Part shown: piece by piece, positions 59,028-64,000 of the stretch | How positions within the stretch are numbered: position 1 is the stretch's first letter | How the letters are laid out: every line of letters starts with the position of its first letter | Assembly: GCF_009914755.1 (NCBI RefSeq) | Contig: NC_060933.1 | Length of the DNA: 64,000 bases | Reading direction: 5' to 3' (one strand) | Source: the human T2T-CHM13v2.0 reference genome, Homo sapiens | The notes under the pieces: generated by a model | Told to the model about the DNA's origin: nothing | Seen by the model: the letters and a program-made list of their open reading frames with translations, nothing else | The model's database searches: none | Translations under genes and position numbers: made by a program

Positions 59028-60047
59028 GTAGGTGTTTATTAACAAAAACTCTGAAATTGTAAAGCCTGCTTTCTTCATGAGAAAGAAATGACCTAAATTG
59101 AGTTCCTGAAGCTCAACTTTTGCTTTGACATTTTTTAGGTAATTTATTTGCTTGAGGTGCAGGGTAATAGGAAACGTGGATTAATGCAGAGGATGCATTC
59201 ATAGCATATAAAGAATATTTTGATTCTTCTTCACACTGGCCTTGTTAGATATGCAAAGTTTGCAGGATGAGCTTTCCAGACTGGATTAGCTCAGAGGCTG
59301 CATTTAGCTGAGTAGTATGTGATGGGCAATCATGGCTGTAGAAATATGGTGCCCATGCTCCCTGCCCTTCCTCTTTTGCAAAAGTTTTGTATGGGAGGGG
59401 TGTAGTGACATGTTTTCCATTTGATAGAACTTAAGGATATCTTCAGATTTAGTCAAGAAAGACATATAAAGTAAACAAATTATTACTCATGTCTCATTTT
59501 TACAAAAACTGGGCACAGTCTTTATTTTGGTAACAGAACAAACTTACCTAGAATGTATTCTATAGAATTTAAGTTGCTTAACAGAGCACTAGGGTTCCCA
59601 GTGCATATTACCACTCAAAGGGTTCTGAGAATTCCTACAGAAAAGAAACTGATACCTTTGTGTAGCTCGGTATTACTCAGACTTCTTGATCAGAGAATCT
59701 TTCTTGCAGCTAACAGTTGTTAAAATCCTGAAGAACTTGTGTTCCAAGAAATATACTGTGTTCTGAAATATTCAAAACCACAAATATCTGTACTCCTTTT
59801 TACTTCAAAGACTGATACTTACTGACTAAAGTCTTATTTAAAATATTAATTGAAGGCAGTATCCTTGTTCTTAATGTTAAGCCATTCACAATCACTTGTT
59901 GCACTTTCTTGTTGGAAAGAATGTGTATGTTTGCGTACACACGTTCGCCTTTGAAATTATTGCTCATAGAATGTTTGCAATGGTCTTAAGAGTATTAAGA
60001 TGCACTGTTCATGTAACTGACTTTACTTCTTTAAAAGTTAACTTTTG

Positions 60048-60330
<283 letters not shown>

Positions 60331-60993
60331 TTAATTTTTAAACGTTGTTTCATTGTGTTCCACATTGTCTGGAAAAGTATTCTGGTTATCACAGTGCCAT
60401 GGGACCTGGTTAGGTTTATTATAAGAGTCAGTGAAAAATTAGCAAAAACATGTTAGAAAGTACTAGAGGTTGGATTTGTAATGATTTAGAATAATTGTCC
60501 AGATACTCCATGAGCCTGGGAAGTTACATTTAGCATGGTGATGTGATTCCAACATAGCCATTTTAAAAACCAGAAGATTGCACACCCGTCCCTGTTTATA
60601 GCAACTGAGTTTATTGAAGACCATGCATTCCTGTCTTAAAAATCCAACTATATGCATAAAATGAAGACTTTTTAAACCTAGGATGTTGGCTTATTAGCAG
60701 TTATAAATTATTTTGGAGATTATCAGCCTAGTATGCTAGTACAGTTAAACTAGCATTTTTTAACCTTTTTAAATTATCACTCCCCCCGGAACATTTTTAG
60801 ACACTTTTTCTGAATTGCCCCTGCCCATGAAGTTTTAATGTATTTTGTGTGTCTGTTTATGTACTGTGTGTATATCTATGTTTTATACGTAAAAGTAAGA
60901 ACTTTTTGTCCCAAGAACTAATATTTGCTGCTTTGGAAGGACTATCACTCCCATTGAGAATGTGTGAGTCAGAATAACACAGTTGAGAGTTCA

Positions 60994-61340
<347 letters not shown>

Positions 61341-61814
61341 TAGAGGTATGTATGGGAGGAATTCTGAGTAGTTTTTGTCACTGTATCATTATCAGGATGT
61401 TTGGCCTGTCTAGAATAGCAGAGTGAGTTTGGTCATCTTTGCTGTTAGGGACCATATGTTAGAATTCTTAAGACTGAAAAGAAAAAAGGCCAAAAATTAA
61501 TGGGATTTAAATTTGTAGAGGATATACAGAAGAGGTAAGATAGCTGGCTTACCAACTTCTGAGCTAGTAAGACGCCCTTTGAAACGTAAGTGAACTAATT
61601 TTAGTGAATTAATCCAAAATCTTGTGGATTCATCCATAAGAGGTTAAGCAGAAATGGATTCGAAACTAGAAGGGCGCTATCACTAGTAAGAGAAGACAAC
61701 TCTTGAGGGTTGTGTATCCCAGCCTCCAAATTACATATCCAGTGAAGTTTTAAAAAAAAAAAAGAATTGGATTCAAGTTTTCTTTTCAGACTTTTATTTT
61801 TAAACAGTATAATC

Positions 61815-62122
61815 TTTTTTTTTTTTTTTTTTTTTTTTACTGAGATGGAGTCTCACTGTGTCAACCCAGGCTGATGTGCAGTGGCGCAATCTCGGCTCAC
61901 TGCAACCTCCACTCACGGGCTCAGGCAGATCCTTCTGCCTCAGCCTCCTGAGTAGCTGGAATTACAGGTATGTGCCACCGTGCCTGGCTACTTTTTGTAT
62001 TTTTAGTAGAGACGGGGTTTCACCATGTTGGCCACCTGGTCTCGAACTCCTGACCTCAAGTGATCCACCCGCCTTGGCCTCCCAAAGTGCAGGGATTACA
62101 GGCATGAGCCACTGTGCCCAGC
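61815..62122 (-). mobile_element. Alu
   Basis: Reverse full Alu. Confidence 0.94.
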
Positions 62123-62782
62123 CAAGAGTGTAATCTTAAAGCAGAGAAAAGCAAAACTGAAGCAAAGAAAGGCCTAGAGCCTGTGCCATTACCTCTCTCA
62201 CTCCCAGCTTGTTGCTCCTATCGTGGGTCTTGCCATGCCTCTGCAGTGGGGTCAGCTTGTCTCAGATTGCAGGCTACTGGACCATGTTGGCCATGGGTCT
62301 TTGGGCCATCAGAATAGACATTTGTACAGTTCTGCCAAGAGAGCAGTATTCCACATAATATTTTGCCTATAGAGATTATGCTTTTTCTTCTTAAAGTCAA
62401 AACATTATAAATAATAGCTAAATACTTTGTCTTCTAACAGAACTCTGAAATCCTTGTTTCAGAAGCAACTAAAACAAGGCAAGTAATAAGATTTTGGTTT
62501 TCAGAACAGTTTTCTCCTTAGTGGTTACAGTTTACCCTGTTATCACAGAGTACCTGAATAAATTTATTTTATTTAGCTAGTTGACACAGGTTGAAACTCT
62601 AGTTCTTTTATTTTTCAGACAGTATAATCAGGATTTGTGGAAATGCAAATCTCCTGTCTTCTGTAAAATATTGCTCTTTTCTTTTTTTCTTTATTTTTTA
62701 ATTTTCCCTTTGTGTTTGTAGGCTTTTTCTTCAGGAAATCCTGCACTTACACTAAACTTTGCTGACTACTTTGTCTTACTAG

Positions 62783-62913
62783 GTGCTGATTGGACATATC
62801 TCAAAGAAGATGAACAAACAGACTTTCCCTGAGCACTGTAGTTTGTGTAAAGAGATCTTGCCATTCACAGATCGCAAACAGGCAGTCTGTTCCAATGGCC
62901 ACATTTGGCTCCG
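62783..62913 (+). CDS. GTF3C4: GTF3C4 exon 3 (VLIGHISKK...CSLC...CSNGHIWL), start of the Cys/His zinc-finger-like C-terminus
   Basis: ttactag|GTG ... CG|gtaagc; 131 nt, in frame with exon 2. Confidence 0.93.
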
Positions 62914-63199
62914 GTAAGCCATTTTAAAAGTTTCTACTTCTGCTCATTTTTCAGTTTTGTGTAGCACAAACTACTGTATGTGACAGAATAGCAACTTTAT
63001 GCCAGTTATCTGTTGCCCTTGCCAATTTGTTGGAGAAAAGCTGCTATTATAAAGCCTGATGTGGACTTTTTTCATCAGTGTTACTCAAGCAAGTTGGCCT
63101 TTAAAGACAGTTTTTTACTGCTTAATATATAGGAGTTTTCTTGTTTTATTTGTTCATTTTCCTAATTGAACAAATTATGGCTCCTCTTCCTAGCCTCAC

Positions 63200-64000
63200 T
63201 CTAAGACCTTGGTGTGTCCTCATGTTACTGGACCTGTGGGCTGCATTTGGCACAATTACTCCCTCCTTGAAGCACTTTCATCACCTGCCTTCCGGGACAC
63301 AGCACTCCCTGGTTTTTGTCCTGTCTCTGACTCTTCATTCTCAGTTGTCTTTGCTGATGGGCACCTCAGCTGTCTGTCTTTCTGCCTGTTTTTCTTCTCT
63401 CAGCACTTTCCCTGGGTGGTTGCTTATCATCTGCACACTGATGATTTAAACATAGAGTTTTTGCCTGTATCTCTCCCCCTAAGTCTAGGCTTATATATCT
63501 AACTGCCTGCTCAGTACCTCTATTTGGATGTTTAATAGGCATTTCAAATTGGAATCCAACCTTTTGTTCCTACCTCTGCAGCCCTGGTCCAAAACACCAT
63601 CATCTCTTGCCCAGCTTATTACACCTGTAGTTACCTTCCATCTGGTCTTCCCACTTCCATCCTTGCCCCTCCAGTCTGTTATTATAGTTGTGATAGTGAT
63701 TGTATCAAAACTTTGTCACTGGCTACTTGTTTCTGATGAGTAAAACTAAAACCCTCTCAGTGATCCACAAGACGCCACACAGCCTGGGGCCCCTTCCTCC
63801 CTTTGTCCTCCCGCTGACCTCATCTGCTGTATTTGTCCATCTTGTTCGCTTCACTCCAGGCAGAATGGCTTCATTCCTCAGGTACGTGAGGCGCCCTCCA
63901 CCTCAGGACGTCTACACTGGCTGATTCCTCTACCTAGGATGCTGTTCCAGCAGATGTCCACGTGGCTTCCTCCAGTTTCCCATTATCAGTTAGGCCTTCC
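63200..64000 (+). mobile_element. L2 fragment
   Basis: Pyrimidine-rich L2 ORF2/3'-like sequence (cctcatgttactggacctg...gcatttggcaca...actccctcctt). Confidence 0.65.

Noticed and set aside
63141-63502. Hydrophobic ~100-aa ORFs downstream of GTF3C4 exon 3
   Set aside because: Lie in a pyrimidine-rich L2 remnant; no supporting splice context.

Overview
Primate genomic DNA, recognisable from the encoded proteins and the Alu content as the human DDX31/GTF3C4 locus (9q34.13, from recall). Two genes sit head-to-head on a CpG-island promoter at ~48.8-50.5 kb. DDX31 (- strand; DEAD-box RNA helicase, Dbp7-like) has 17 exons in the window. I reconstructed them by hand with GT-AG junctions and consistent phases: 676 codons from the upstream ATG at 49469, or 571 from the ATG at 49154, covering all helicase motifs from Q to VI. 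Its last exons lie beyond position 1. GTF3C4 (+ strand; TFIIIC 90-kDa subunit) has exons 1-3 here, including a 1827-nt internal exon. Introns hold about 26 Alus, old L1/L2/MIR fragments, a THE1 solo LTR, a MER4-group solo LTR, MER20, a partial MADE1 and an (AC)40 microsatellite. I cannot establish a new biological system. The best leads are RNA-processing features: a stop-first alternative terminal exon that cuts DDX31 within motif V, in the same intron as a (UG)40 tract; an in-frame alternative last exon after exon 17; a stop-free 102-nt intron; a candidate poison exon; and a GTF3C4 exon 2 that would be an endless ORF if circularised. An Alu-free, motif-rich intronic block is an enhancer candidate. 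Repeat subfamily names come from recalled consensus sequences and repeat boundaries are approximate.
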